A stretch of DNA of 64,000 bases. Origin: Candidatus Geohabitans tengchongensis (GTDB taxonomy: Bacteria > Sysuimicrobiota > Sysuimicrobiia > Sysuimicrobiales > Humicultoraceae). Positions within the stretch are counted from its first letter, which is position 1. Each line of letters opens with the position of its first letter. Shown here piece after piece: positions 10,358 through 19,844 of this stretch. The translations under genes and the position numbers were made by a program. The stretch spans positions 188,051 through 252,050 of the forward strand of contig JAVKIH010000002.1 in the NCBI GenBank assembly GCA_031459625.1. The letters run 5' to 3'. The notes beneath the pieces are model-generated. The model made no database searches, was not told where the DNA came from, and saw only the letters and a list, made by a program, of their open reading frames with translations.

Positions 10358-11191
10358 CTAACCGACGCGCTCGGTCGTCGGGCGCAGCTCCCGGAGGGTG
10401 GGCGGGCGGAAGTAGGCCCACCCCACGAGCCCGAGGTAGCCCCCGTAGGCCACGACCTCCACCAGCGAGGGGTCGCCGTTGTAGCCGAAGAGCGCGGCCA
10501 GGAAACTCCCCAAGAGGGACCGTTCGTCCAGCACGGCGTTCGTGTTCCAGACGGGCTCCACGAGCGCCGGTACCAGGCCGGCCTCGTGGAACTCGTGAAG
10601 GCCGTGGGCGAGCAACCCGGCCGCGAAGAGGAGCAGCAGGATGCTGGTGACGTTGAAGAACGCCCGCAGGTTCAGCCGGTAGGTGCCGCGGTAGAGCAGG
10701 TAGCCCAGCACCGCCGCGGCCGCGAGGCCGAGCCCTCCGCCCAGCAGCGCCGCGGAGGCCGAGGCGGTCGTGATCGCCGCGATCATGAAGAGGACGGTCT
10801 CGAGCCCTTCCCGCCCCACCGCGACGAAGGCCAGCAGGCCCAGCGCCCACAGGGAGCCGGATTCCAGCGCCGTCTGCACCTGGGCCTGCAGGTGCGCCCG
10901 GATGCCGATGGCCTGACGCCGCATCCAGAAGATCATGTAGGCGAGGACGCCCGCGGCCGCCACCATGGTAGCGCCCTCGAAGATCTCCTCGGCGTGCCCC
11001 TCCAGGCCCCCAGCCGTGAGGAAGATCGCTACGCCGGCGGCCACGCTGAGCACGATGCTCGACACGGTCCCCAGCCAGACGGCGCCCGCCTTGTCCCGGT
11101 GTCCGGTCCTGGCCAGGTAGGCCAGGATGATGCCGAGGATCAGCGCCGCTTCCAGACCCTCCCGCAGGGTGATCAGCAGAGACGAAGCCAT
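10358..11191 (-). CDS. FTR1/EfeU family iron permease
   Basis: Two REGLE motifs (ITLREGLEAAL, VGREGLETVLF), multiple TM helices; RBS GAGGAG upstream. Confidence 0.93.
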   Translation of the reverse strand: MASSLLITLREGLEAALILGIILAYLARTGHRDKAGAVWLGTVSSIVLSVAAGVAIFLTAGGLEGHAEEIFEGATMVAAAGVLAYMIFWMRRQAIGIRAHLQAQVQTALESGSLWALGLLAFVAVGREGLETVLFMIAAITTASASAALLGGGLGLAAAAVLGYLLYRGTYRLNLRAFFNVTSILLLLFAAGLLAHGLHEFHEAGLVPALVEPVWNTNAVLDERSLLGSFLAALFGYNGDPSLVEVVAYGGYLGLVGWAYFRPPTLRELRPTTERVG

Positions 11192-11412
11192 CGCTGCTCC
11201 TCTCCTGGGCCCGCGCGCGGGCTCGTGGGCCGGCGCGCGGGCTCGACGTGCCGGGGCCCGGGTGTCACGCCGCGGGTAGGCTACCTCGGTGCGTGCGGCG
11301 ACAACAAGGGGATTGCCGAACAATCGTTGTTACCAGCCAACAGGAGATGCGTCGGCCTGCGTGCGGGTCTCCGCTCTCCAGGGTGGTGCAGGAACCAGGC
11401 CAGCGGGGCGCC

Positions 11413-11751
11413 TCAACCGCGGCCCCCCCGCCCCGGGCGCACACCCAGACGGGTGAGCACCAGGCGGTAGCCGTCGGCGCCGTACTCCAGGAAGCGGCGC
11501 ACACGGCTGATGGTGGCGCTGCTGGCCCCCGTGCGCGCCGCCACCTCCTGGTAGGTCCGTCCCTCGAAGAGGAGGCGGGCGATCTCCAGGCGCTGCGCCA
11601 TCGCCTTGAACTCGCCGATGGTGGCGACGTCCTCGAAGAACCGGTAGCACTCCTCCACGGAGGTGAGGGTGAGCACCGCCTGGCAGAACCGGTCGGCCAG
11701 CGGGTCCTTCAGGCGCGGGTTGATGGGACGCCGGGGGCGTGGCACGGCCAT
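11413..11751 (-). CDS. YerC/YecD TrpR-like repressor (HisR candidate)
   Basis: EECYRFFEDVATIGEFKAMAQRLEIARLL, TGASSATISRV, YGADGY are typical YerC motifs. Confidence 0.9.
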   Translation of the reverse strand: MAVPRPRRPINPRLKDPLADRFCQAVLTLTSVEECYRFFEDVATIGEFKAMAQRLEIARLLFEGRTYQEVAARTGASSATISRVRRFLEYGADGYRLVLTRLGVRPGRGGRG

Positions 11752-11869
11752 GGCTGCTGCCTGCTTCCCCGGCCTCGGCGCATCCTCCTGCGCCCGCTGA
11801 GGCCTGGACCCCCGGCATCACGCGGCCCATGGTGCCCGCGGATGAGCAGGCCCTTCGGCGTGCGTCCCC

Positions 11870-12439
11870 TCAGTCCTCGAAGAGGGGCTTCAGCTCCAGC
11901 TCAAAGCCCGGGAGCTCCGGATCCAGTGGAACACGCGCGGGCTCGCGACTGACCTCAGGCGCGCGGCCCGGGCGGTGAACCTCCACCGTTCGCGTGTAGG
12001 GGTCCACCAGCACGGCCACCCGCGCGCCGTTCCTCAGGTAGGCCTGCAGCTTCTCACGCACCTCTTCGGCGTCCTGCCCCCGTGAGCGGAGTTCAAAGAC
12101 CGCGTCCGGGCACAGGGGCACGAACCCCTCCCGTTCCTGCCGGGTCAGGACCTCCCACCGCTCTCGGGACACCCAGGATGCGTCGGGAGAGAACAGCGCC
12201 CCGTCGGGAAGCCGAAATCCCGTGGAGGAGTCGAAGACGACACCGGTCCGGGTCCGCTCATTCCACCCCTGGAGCTGGTAGCCCAAGTTCACGCTGCGCC
12301 GCCCATGCTCTCCTCCCGGAGGGCTCACCACCAGCCTCCCGTCCGCGGTGCGCTCAAACTGATACCCCGGGTTCCGCTCCGAGAGCCGCAACAGCTCCTC
12401 GTCCGTTACCGCCCGCAGCAGGTCGATCCGAACCACCAC
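11870..12439 (-). CDS. Uma2 family endonuclease-fold protein
   Basis: FDSSTGFRLPDGALFSPDASWV, LCPDAVFELRS, YLRNG, LPGF; RBS GGAGGAGG before GTG 12439. Confidence 0.9.
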   Translation of the reverse strand: MVVRIDLLRAVTDEELLRLSERNPGYQFERTADGRLVVSPPGGEHGRRSVNLGYQLQGWNERTRTGVVFDSSTGFRLPDGALFSPDASWVSRERWEVLTRQEREGFVPLCPDAVFELRSRGQDAEEVREKLQAYLRNGARVAVLVDPYTRTVEVHRPGRAPEVSREPARVPLDPELPGFELELKPLFED

Positions 12440-12536
12440 GGAAGACCTCCTCCCGGGCTCCGGAGAGCTCCGGAGAGATTGTAGCGTGCCGGCGAGACGA
12501 TCCGGCCGCGACGGCGCCCTTCCTCCGGAACCCGGA

Positions 12537-13526
12537 TCAGTCGGGGATGTAGACCTCGTTGGCGCCGCTGAACGACCCGCCCGGGCGCGGCCCGCCGCTG
12601 AGGGCGTAGACGCGCCCCTCCAGCGCCACCGCGGCCAGCCCGTGGCGCGGCGTGGGCATGGGCGCGCGGGGGGTCCAGCTCCCCGTGCGCGTGTCGAACT
12701 CCTCGTTCTCGGGGTAGGTGGTGGGCCGGCCCAGTTCCCCGCCCATGACGAAGACGCGGGGACCCACCGCAGCCGCACCGTACCCGCTGCGCGGCGTCGG
12801 CATCGGTGCCGCCATGCGCCAGGTGTCGGCGGCCGGGTCGTAGACCTCGGTGACCGGCAGGTTCCGCCCACTCCGCCGTCCGCCGAAGGCATAGACCCTC
12901 CCATCCACCGCCACGGCCCCCAGGTGGTCGCGCGCCACGGCCATGGGGGCGAGCGCTCGCCACCGGTCCTGGTCCGGATCGTACAGCTCGACGGCCGTCA
13001 CGTCGCCTCCCGGCCCCACGCCGCCCACGGCGATGATGCGCCCGTCCACGACCGCTGCGGCGAGCGCCCCGCGCGGGGTCGGCAGCGGCGCGCGCTGCCG
13101 CCAGCGGTCCTGTGCGGGGTCGTACTCGAAGACGGCGGCGAGCGGTGTCCAGCGCGCGTCGAACCCGCCGATGACGTAGAGCCGGCCGCCGACGGCGGCC
13201 GCGGCGGCGTGGTGCACGGCGATGGGCAGGGAGGTCCGGGGGTGCCAGGTGTTCGCGGCGGGATCGTACTCCTCCACCGCCCCCGTCACCCCGCCCGGGA
13301 CCAGACCGCCAATGACGTAGATCCGCCCGCCCAGCGCGGCCCCCGCCACCTCGGTGCGCTCTGAGGGCATCCGTGCCCGGGACTCCCAGCGTCCCGCACC
13401 GGGGGCAGCCCGCAGCGGGACCGCCTGCGTGCTGAGGAGCGCCAGGACGGTCAGGAAGGCCAGGGCAGGGGCAGGCGGGGTGGAGACGGGGCGGAGGGCC
13501 TGACCGGGCGAGATGCGCGCCATCAC
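12537..13526 (-). CDS. secreted Kelch-repeat beta-propeller protein
   Basis: Hydrophobic N-terminal signal-like segment, then about six repeats of GG...YDP...W...P.PR. Confidence 0.9.
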   Translation of the reverse strand: MMARISPGQALRPVSTPPAPALAFLTVLALLSTQAVPLRAAPGAGRWESRARMPSERTEVAGAALGGRIYVIGGLVPGGVTGAVEEYDPAANTWHPRTSLPIAVHHAAAAAVGGRLYVIGGFDARWTPLAAVFEYDPAQDRWRQRAPLPTPRGALAAAVVDGRIIAVGGVGPGGDVTAVELYDPDQDRWRALAPMAVARDHLGAVAVDGRVYAFGGRRSGRNLPVTEVYDPAADTWRMAAPMPTPRSGYGAAAVGPRVFVMGGELGRPTTYPENEEFDTRTGSWTPRAPMPTPRHGLAAVALEGRVYALSGGPRPGGSFSGANEVYIPD

Positions 13527-13592
13527 CCGCGCAGGCGAGCGGGACGCAGGGACGGCCGGACCTTCATCGGTTGAGCACGGGTTGGGCGACGC

Positions 13593-14069
13593 TCAGGTGC
13601 GCACGGCCCGGCGCGGCTGGTTGACGCGCGCGGTCCGGCGCGGCTTGGAGGGCGCGCCGTCGAGGCGGGCGGGCAGCGTCTCCTCCCAGGTGACGATGCT
13701 GTGGAAGAAGACGCGGTCGCCCTCCTCCAGGCCGCGCGTCACCTCGGTGATGTGGACACTCGTGGCGCCAAACTCCTTCAGCGCGTACTCCACGGCGGCC
13801 TCGGGCTTGGCCTCGTTCCCACAGGTGAAGATGTCCAGCGCCACGTAGCGGAGCTCGGGCCAGGTGTGCACGGAGAGGTGCGACTCGGAGATCACGACGA
13901 CGCCGGAGACGCCGTTCGGGTTGAACCGGTGGAAGGAGATCGCCCAGACCTGGACCCGAGCCGCCTCGGCGGCGCGCACCAGGATCTGCTCCACGCGCTC
14001 GACGCTCCCGATGACCTCCGGGGTGCAGCCGGAGGCCTCGACGATGTAGTGGTGACCCACGGCGTCCAC
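13593..14069 (-). CDS. speD: S-adenosylmethionine decarboxylase proenzyme (pyruvoyl-dependent, class 1b)
   Basis: GVSGVVVISESHLSVHTWPE (E-S autocleavage site), DIFTCG; RBS GGAGGTGG before GTG 14069. Confidence 0.85.
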   Translation of the reverse strand: MDAVGHHYIVEASGCTPEVIGSVERVEQILVRAAEAARVQVWAISFHRFNPNGVSGVVVISESHLSVHTWPELRYVALDIFTCGNEAKPEAAVEYALKEFGATSVHITEVTRGLEEGDRVFFHSIVTWEETLPARLDGAPSKPRRTARVNQPRRAVRT

Positions 14070-14148
14070 TGGTCCCACCTCCCCCCGAACCGCAGCAGCG
14101 GTGTGCTCCCGGCGACGCGCAGTGCGCCGGCCTTCCATGACGGCGTGG

Positions 14149-14176
14149 AGTATAACACCCCCCCTCCCCCTGTCAA
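14149..14176 (-). promoter_or_regulatory. near-consensus sigma70 promoter for speD
   Basis: Minus strand TTGACA-16 nt-TATACT with extended TG. Confidence 0.7.
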
Positions 14177-14260
14177 CGCGACGGCTGGCATGAACCCCGG
14201 AGGCCGCTCGGACGTTTCACCGGCGGCGAGGCATCGAGGCTCGCCGGAGGGGTGAGGACC

Positions 14261-14971
14261 ATGCGACGGACCTGGCTGGTGGGCGTGACCGCGCTCGTCC
14301 TGCTGCCGCTCCTGGCCGCAGCGGCCCCACGGGCCCATGGGCAGGGAGGGGCGCCACCACCCGACCGCAACGAGATCGTCACCCGCGGCACGGGACAGGT
14401 GGAGGTCCCGCCCACACAGGCCAGCGTGGAGGTGGGCGTCGAGGTGCAGCGCCCCACCGCCGCCGACGCCGCTACGGCGGTGGCGCGCACCGCCGAGCGC
14501 ATCATCACCCGGCTGGCGGGATTGGGCATGGCGCGGTCGGCCGTCCGGACCTCCGGGGTGCAGCTCACCCCGGTCTACACCACACCCCGAGAGGGCGCAC
14601 CGCAGCTCGCCGGCTACCGGGCGGTCTACACCCTCAGCGTGGTGGTCACCGACCTGGCCCTGGCCGGGCGGGTCCTCGACGAGGCGGTGCGCGGCGGCGC
14701 CACCACGATCCTCGGGGTCACCTTCGGGCTGCGGGACCCGTCGGCGGCGCGCCGGGAGGCGCTGGGCGCGGCGGTGCGGGAGGCGCGCGAGAAGGCCGAG
14801 GCCATCGCCCGTGCCGCGGGGGTGCAGATTCGGGGCGTGGAGCGGATCATCGAGGAGGGCGTGGAGGTCCCGGTCCGGGCGATGGAGCGCCTGGCTCTCG
14901 GTGCGCCGATGCCGGTGGAGGGCGGGCTGCTCACCGTCACGGCGCGCGTGACGATGGTCTTCCGGTACTGA
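14261..14971 (+). CDS. SIMPL/DUF541 domain periplasmic protein
   Basis: Signal peptide; VTRGTGQVEVPP, GYRA, AREKAEAIARAAGV, VTARVTMVF. Confidence 0.85.
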   Translation: MRRTWLVGVTALVLLPLLAAAAPRAHGQGGAPPPDRNEIVTRGTGQVEVPPTQASVEVGVEVQRPTAADAATAVARTAERIITRLAGLGMARSAVRTSGVQLTPVYTTPREGAPQLAGYRAVYTLSVVVTDLALAGRVLDEAVRGGATTILGVTFGLRDPSAARREALGAAVREAREKAEAIARAAGVQIRGVERIIEEGVEVPVRAMERLALGAPMPVEGGLLTVTARVTMVFRY

Positions 14972-14977
14972 GGGCGC

Positions 14978-15004
14978 CCGGGGGGCGCCTCAGGCGCCCC
15001 CCGG
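14978..15004. terminator. perfect 13-bp inverted repeat between convergent genes (candidate bidirectional terminator)
   Basis: CCGGGGGGCGCCT-C-AGGCGCCCCCCGG; no U-tract. Confidence 0.4.
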
Positions 15005-15520
15005 CGGGCGTGCCATCGCCTCGGGCAGGCGCACCGCCACTGCGCGGGCCCGGGCCGTGACGACACCGGCCGCCCGCAGCTCCGCCTCCACCACCACTTT
15101 GCGGTCGGTGACCTCCGTCGCCCGCCCGCGCAGCTCCAGCTCGGGACCGAGCGGCGTCGGCTTGAGGTAGTCGACCTGCAGCGACGCCGTGACGAAGCGC
15201 GCGACGGGTCCGTCGCCGAGCCGCTGCCCGGCCTGCGTTGCCGCCGCCGCGGCTGCGGTGGCGGTGCTGTGGCAGTCGAACAGCGAGGCGATGAGCCCGC
15301 CGTAGACGAACCCGGGGACGGCGACGTGGTGCGGCGCCGGGGTGAAACGGGTGCGGCTCTCCCGCCCGTCCCAGTAGGTCTTCAGGTGATAGCCCTGCGG
15401 GTTGAGGCGCCCGCACCCGTAGCAGTGGGCGAAGTCGTCCGGGTAGCAGTCCTGGACGGCAGGGCCCAGGGGCCCGCACGCTCCTGCCGTCATCGCGCCC
15501 GGACCGGTCCCCGTGGTCAC
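14990..15520 (-). CDS. PaaI family hotdog thioesterase (alternative start 15493)
   Basis: HCYGCGRLN, GFVYGGLIASLFDCH, VTASLQVDYLKPTP. Confidence 0.85.
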   Translation of the reverse strand: MTTGTGPGAMTAGACGPLGPAVQDCYPDDFAHCYGCGRLNPQGYHLKTYWDGRESRTRFTPAPHHVAVPGFVYGGLIASLFDCHSTATAAAAAATQAGQRLGDGPVARFVTASLQVDYLKPTPLGPELELRGRATEVTDRKVVVEAELRAAGVVTARARAVAVRLPEAMARPPGGA

Positions 15521-15542
15521 TGCGGGGCGCCCGCTGCCGCCA

Positions 15543-16361
15543 TCACCGCCTCGGCACTCTCCGCTGCTCCCGCAGGGCCTGCAGGACGGGGATGGCGGCG
15601 ATCTGCGCCGGTATGAGGTGGCTCCAGAGCACCCCGCGCGGGCGACGCGGGCGGGCGGGGCGGATCACCGCGTCCGGCGTGACGATGAGGTCGACGCGAA
15701 AGTCGTGCGCCGTCTCCGGCAGGGGCTGGTCCACGACCTGCAGCGGGTGCACCGTCGTGGCGATGACGGTCTGCCGGTCGACGAGCCCCGCGGTGACGAG
15801 CAGGCCGAACTCGAGGTCGGAGTACCCGCCGCCCTTCCCCACTCGCGCGCCCCGGCGGTCCACGGCCACACTCCCGCAGACGATCAGGTCGATGCGCTCC
15901 ATCTGCTCCACCCACACGGGTCGGCCCCAGCGAAACGCTCCCCGAATCGAGGCGGCCTGCCGGGGCGCGACGGTGAGCCGACGCGGGTCCAGTTGGACGA
16001 AGGGCTCGGGCGCCGCCAGCCGCGGGACGGCCATGTAGAGCACCTTGCCCTCGGCCAGCGCCCGGGCCCGCACGGGCAGCTGCGGGCTGTCGGGATTGGC
16101 CTTGACGACGCGGGCCGCCTGCCATTCGGGCGTGGCGGCCAGCCGCTCCGCCGCCGCCTCCGCCCCGACGAAGTTGGGGATGCGGCCAGGCGCGCCGGGG
16201 AAGCGGACTACCCCGCGGTCCTCCAGCAGGCGCCACAACCGCTCCCGCACGGCCGCCTTCGCGGCGTCTGCGGCCTGGGGGGGCGGGGCATCACCTGGCT
16301 GCGTGCCCCTGGAAGGATGGTGCGGGGCGGCGGTGCGCCGGGTGCGGCGGGCGGCCCTCAC
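15543..16361 (-). CDS. 5-formyltetrahydrofolate cyclo-ligase-like protein (MTHFSD/archaeal COG0212 type)
   Basis: GRIPNFVGA, KANPDSPQ, GSVAV, GKGGGYSDLE, TTVH, HDFRVDLIVTP; GTG at 16361 overlaps upstream stop. Confidence 0.85.
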   Translation of the reverse strand: MRAARRTRRTAAPHHPSRGTQPGDAPPPQAADAAKAAVRERLWRLLEDRGVVRFPGAPGRIPNFVGAEAAAERLAATPEWQAARVVKANPDSPQLPVRARALAEGKVLYMAVPRLAAPEPFVQLDPRRLTVAPRQAASIRGAFRWGRPVWVEQMERIDLIVCGSVAVDRRGARVGKGGGYSDLEFGLLVTAGLVDRQTVIATTVHPLQVVDQPLPETAHDFRVDLIVTPDAVIRPARPRRPRGVLWSHLIPAQIAAIPVLQALREQRRVPRR

Positions 16362-17287
16362 GGGCCCGACAGGCGCAGGCGTGGGTCGAGGGCGTCGCGG
16401 ATGGCGTCGCCCAGCAGGTTGAAGCCCAGCACCGTGACCATGATGGCCAGTCCCGGGAAGACCACCGTGTGCGGGGCCAGCCGCAGGTACTGACGCGCGC
16501 TGCTCAGCATCGCTCCCCACTCCGCCGCCGGGGGCTGCGCGCCTAGCCCCAGGAAGCCCAACGCCGCCGCCGAGAGGATCGCGCCGGCGATCTGCAGCGT
16601 CGCCTGCACGATGATCACCGCCAGCGTGTTGGGGAGGACATGCCGGGCCAGGATGCGCACCGGGGTGGCCCCCAGAGCCCGCGCCGCTTCCACGAACTCC
16701 TGGGCCCGCAGGGAGAGGACCTGACCGCGCACCAGGCGGGCATAAGTGGGGACGCTCACGATGCCCACCGCCACCATCACCTGCACGAGCCCCACCCCCA
16801 GGATGGCCACGAGGATGATGGCCAGCAGGATCCCCGGGAAGGCCAGCATCACGTCCACCACCCGCTGCACGATCAGGTCGGTCCACCCGCCGAAGTAGCC
16901 GGAGAGCGCGCCGAGCGGCACCCCGGCACTGACTCCGATGGCGACGGCGATCACCCCGATGAGGAGCGAGAGGCGGGCGCCGTAGATCAGGCGGCTCAAT
17001 ACGTCCCGGCCCAGCTCGTCCCGACCGAGCAGCGCTGACCGTCCCGGCGGCTCCAGGCTGCGCTCCAGCGCCGGCTCGTAGGGGTCCTCGGGGGCGAGCA
17101 GGGGCGCCAGCAGCCCGGTCACCAGGAAGACCAGCAGGATGATCCCCCCGGCCAGCCCGGCCCGGTTGCGGACGAGCTGGCGCCAGACCGCCGCCCCCCG
17201 CGTGACGCGACCCCAGCGCACTGCCGGGACGGACCCGGTGGCGGGCAGCCGGACGGCGCGGACGGTGCGCACTGAGGGGTCACTCAT
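16358..17287 (-). CDS. peptide/nickel ABC transporter permease (DppC-like)
   Basis: LGRDELGRD, EFVEAARALGA, HVLPN, LGLGAQPPAAEWG, DALDPR. Confidence 0.93.
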   Translation of the reverse strand: MSDPSVRTVRAVRLPATGSVPAVRWGRVTRGAAVWRQLVRNRAGLAGGIILLVFLVTGLLAPLLAPEDPYEPALERSLEPPGRSALLGRDELGRDVLSRLIYGARLSLLIGVIAVAIGVSAGVPLGALSGYFGGWTDLIVQRVVDVMLAFPGILLAIILVAILGVGLVQVMVAVGIVSVPTYARLVRGQVLSLRAQEFVEAARALGATPVRILARHVLPNTLAVIIVQATLQIAGAILSAAALGFLGLGAQPPAAEWGAMLSSARQYLRLAPHTVVFPGLAIMVTVLGFNLLGDAIRDALDPRLRLSGP

Positions 17288-18200
17288 AGCGGATGCGCGG
17301 GTCCACCAGCGCGTAGAGCAAGTCCACCACCAGATTCACCAGGACGAAGGAGAGGGCCACGAGCAGCACCGCCCCCTGCACCACCGGGTAGTCGCGGTTC
17401 AGCGTGGCGTCCACCATGAGACGGCCGATCCCCGACCAGGCGAAGACGCTCTCCGTGAGCACGGCCCCGCTCAGCAGCGTCCCCGTCTGCAGCCCCACGA
17501 CGGTGATGACCGGGATGAGCGCGTTGCACAGGGCGTGACGGTTGATGACGACGCGCTCCGCCAGCCCCTTGGCCCGGGCGGTGCGGATGTAGTCGGCGCG
17601 CAGCACCTCCAGCATGGCCGACCGGGTCATGCGCGCGATGATCGCCGCCGAGGTGAAGCCCAGCGCGGCGGCCGGCAGGACCAGGTGGGCCAGGGAGTCG
17701 CTCCCCACCGCCGGCAGCCAGTTGAGCCAGACCGCGAAGACCAGGATGAGCATGAGGCCGGACCAGTAGATGGGCATGGAGAGCCCGGCGAGCGCCACCA
17801 CCATCACGGCGGTGTCGACGAGGGAGTAGGGGCGGACGGCCGAGACCACCCCGGCGGTGACGCCCACGGTGGTCGCCACCAGCATTCCCGCAGCGGCCAA
17901 GCGCAGCGTGTTGGGGATCCGGTGGGCCAGCTCCTCGGTGACGGGGGCCCGGGAGCGGACCGACCGACCCAGGTCCCCCCGCAGCAGCCCGGCCATGAAG
18001 TCGGCGAACTGGACCAGCAGCGGCCGGTCCAACCCGAGATCCCGGCGGATGCCCTCGACCAGCTCGCGGGTGGCCTGCTGCCCGGCCATGATCTGGGCCG
18101 GGTCGCCCGGCACGATGCGGACCATGACGAAGACGACGAAGGCCACCCCGAACAGGACGGGGACGGTCAGCAGGAGGCGCTTGACGATGTACCGCCACAT
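17280..18200 (-). CDS. peptide/nickel ABC transporter permease (DppB-like)
   Basis: MWRYIVKRLL, PGDPA, DYIRTARAKG, TESVF, RDYPVVQG, DPRIRYE. Confidence 0.94.
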   Translation of the reverse strand: MWRYIVKRLLLTVPVLFGVAFVVFVMVRIVPGDPAQIMAGQQATRELVEGIRRDLGLDRPLLVQFADFMAGLLRGDLGRSVRSRAPVTEELAHRIPNTLRLAAAGMLVATTVGVTAGVVSAVRPYSLVDTAVMVVALAGLSMPIYWSGLMLILVFAVWLNWLPAVGSDSLAHLVLPAAALGFTSAAIIARMTRSAMLEVLRADYIRTARAKGLAERVVINRHALCNALIPVITVVGLQTGTLLSGAVLTESVFAWSGIGRLMVDATLNRDYPVVQGAVLLVALSFVLVNLVVDLLYALVDPRIRYE

Positions 18201-18296
18201 CGCCCTAACAACGACATATCTCCGTTGTCAGGCCCCGGAGACCAGCGGGGGCGGGGTCACCCCCCGCCCCCGCTCCCTGCCGGTGCCCGCCGGCAG

Positions 18297-19844
18297 TCAA
18301 CGGCGGAAGAAACCCTGCATGGCCACCAGCCGCTCCGCCGGGTGCATGTAGACGTTCTGCACCTCGGCCCGGTAGGCGGTGACCTGCGACTCGCTGTGGA
18401 GGAAGATCCAGGGCGCGTCCTCCATGATGAGCGCCATCGCCTCGCGGTAGATCCGGTTCCGCTCCGCCTGGTCGAGCGTGGTGCGGCCCCGGTCGAGGAG
18501 CGCGTCCACCTGGGGGTTGCGGTAGAAGCCCCGGTTGAAGCCGGCCGGCGGCCACTGGCTGGAGTGGAAGAGGTTGTACAGCCCGTAGTCGGCGTCGCCG
18601 GTCACCGTCCCCCACCCCAGCATGTACATCTGGTGGGTGGCCTCGGCCTGGGGCTTGTTCGTGAAGGCGACGAGGGAGCCGATGTCCATGGGCACGAGCT
18701 CGACCTCGACGCCGACGCGGCGCAGCAGGCCCTGGATGGCCGCGGCAATCTCGGCGTCCCGGATGTAGCGCGCCACCGGGTGGTGGAGGGTGGCCCGGAA
18801 GCCGTTGGGGTAGCCGGCCTCGGCCAGGAGCTGGCGGGCCCGCTCCACGTTGTACTCGTAGGTCATGATCCTGGCGTAGCCGGCCACACCGGGCGCGATG
18901 GGCGCGTCGGAGACGCGTGCCGTCCCGCCGAGGATGGCCCGGACGATCGCCTCCTTGTTGATGGCGTAGTTCAGCGCCTGCCGGACGCGGCGGTTGTTGA
19001 AAGGCGGGCGGGTGACGTTGAAGCCGATGAAGATCGTCCGCAGGCTCGTCTGCACCTCCACCCGCAGCGCCCGGTTGGCGCGCAACCGCTCCACGTCGCG
19101 CGGCGGGACGCGCTTGGCGATGTGCACCGCCCCGCTCTCCACGGCGGCCACGCGGGCGCCGTCGTCGGGGATGACGCGCCACTGGATCGCGTCGAAGTGC
19201 CCCTTCTCGCCCCAGTACTCCTCAAAGCGGGTCACGGTGATGCGGTCGCCGCGGACCCACTCCCGGAAGCGGTAGGGGCCCGTGCCCACGGGGTTGCGGG
19301 CGTACTCGTCCGGCCCCAGGCGCTCGATGGCGGTGGGACTCTGCATGCAGACCCCGCCGTGAGTGAGGTTGAGGACGAGTGGGGCGAACGGAGCGTTGGT
19401 GAGCAGGACGAGCGTGTTCGCATCCAGGGCCACGACCTGCGTCACCCGGTCGATCAGCGATCGGAACGATGCCCGGGTGGCGGGGTCGAGCACCCGGTCG
19501 AGGTTCCACTTGGCCGCCTGCGCGTTGAAGGGCGTGCCGTCATGGAAGCGCACGGTGGGGCGCAGCCGGATGGTCAGCCGGCGCCCGTCGGGGGAGAAGG
19601 TGAAGGCCGTGGCCAGCCGCGGCTCCACGCGGCCTTCCGGGCTGAGCCAGAAGAGCGTCTCGCAGATGTGCTCCATGCGCTCGGCTGTGGGCGAGTCGGT
19701 GTAGCGGTGGCCGTCTAGCGTGGTGGCGTCGCTCCCCTCGGCGATGATCAAGGTACCGCCGCGGGCGGGCGCGGGAGCGGCTCCCGCGACGGCACCGGCC
19801 GCCAGCATCGCGAACGCGAGCAGACAGACCGCGAGTACTCTCAT
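18297..19844 (-). CDS. peptide ABC transporter substrate-binding protein (family 5, GsiB/DppA-like)
   Basis: Signal peptide; VRFHDGTPFNA, PVGTGPY, VRQALNYAIN, GWGTVTGDADY. Confidence 0.92.
   Translation of the reverse strand: MRVLAVCLLAFAMLAAGAVAGAAPAPARGGTLIIAEGSDATTLDGHRYTDSPTAERMEHICETLFWLSPEGRVEPRLATAFTFSPDGRRLTIRLRPTVRFHDGTPFNAQAAKWNLDRVLDPATRASFRSLIDRVTQVVALDANTLVLLTNAPFAPLVLNLTHGGVCMQSPTAIERLGPDEYARNPVGTGPYRFREWVRGDRITVTRFEEYWGEKGHFDAIQWRVIPDDGARVAAVESGAVHIAKRVPPRDVERLRANRALRVEVQTSLRTIFIGFNVTRPPFNNRRVRQALNYAINKEAIVRAILGGTARVSDAPIAPGVAGYARIMTYEYNVERARQLLAEAGYPNGFRATLHHPVARYIRDAEIAAAIQGLLRRVGVEVELVPMDIGSLVAFTNKPQAEATHQMYMLGWGTVTGDADYGLYNLFHSSQWPPAGFNRGFYRNPQVDALLDRGRTTLDQAERNRIYREAMALIMEDAPWIFLHSESQVTAYRAEVQNVYMHPAERLVAMQGFFRR

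Noticed and set aside
11870..12439. Uma2 nuclease as a defence system
   Set aside because: Solitary Uma2 genes are common multi-copy genes in such genomes; no methylase or other defence partner nearby.
17139..19718. Very long alternative-frame ORFs (e.g. 859 aa at 17139-19718 +, 806 aa at 49555-51975 -, 780 aa at 45501-47843 +)
   Set aside because: Shadow ORFs of real genes; stops are scarce at this GC content and the products are R/G/P/A-rich with no motifs.
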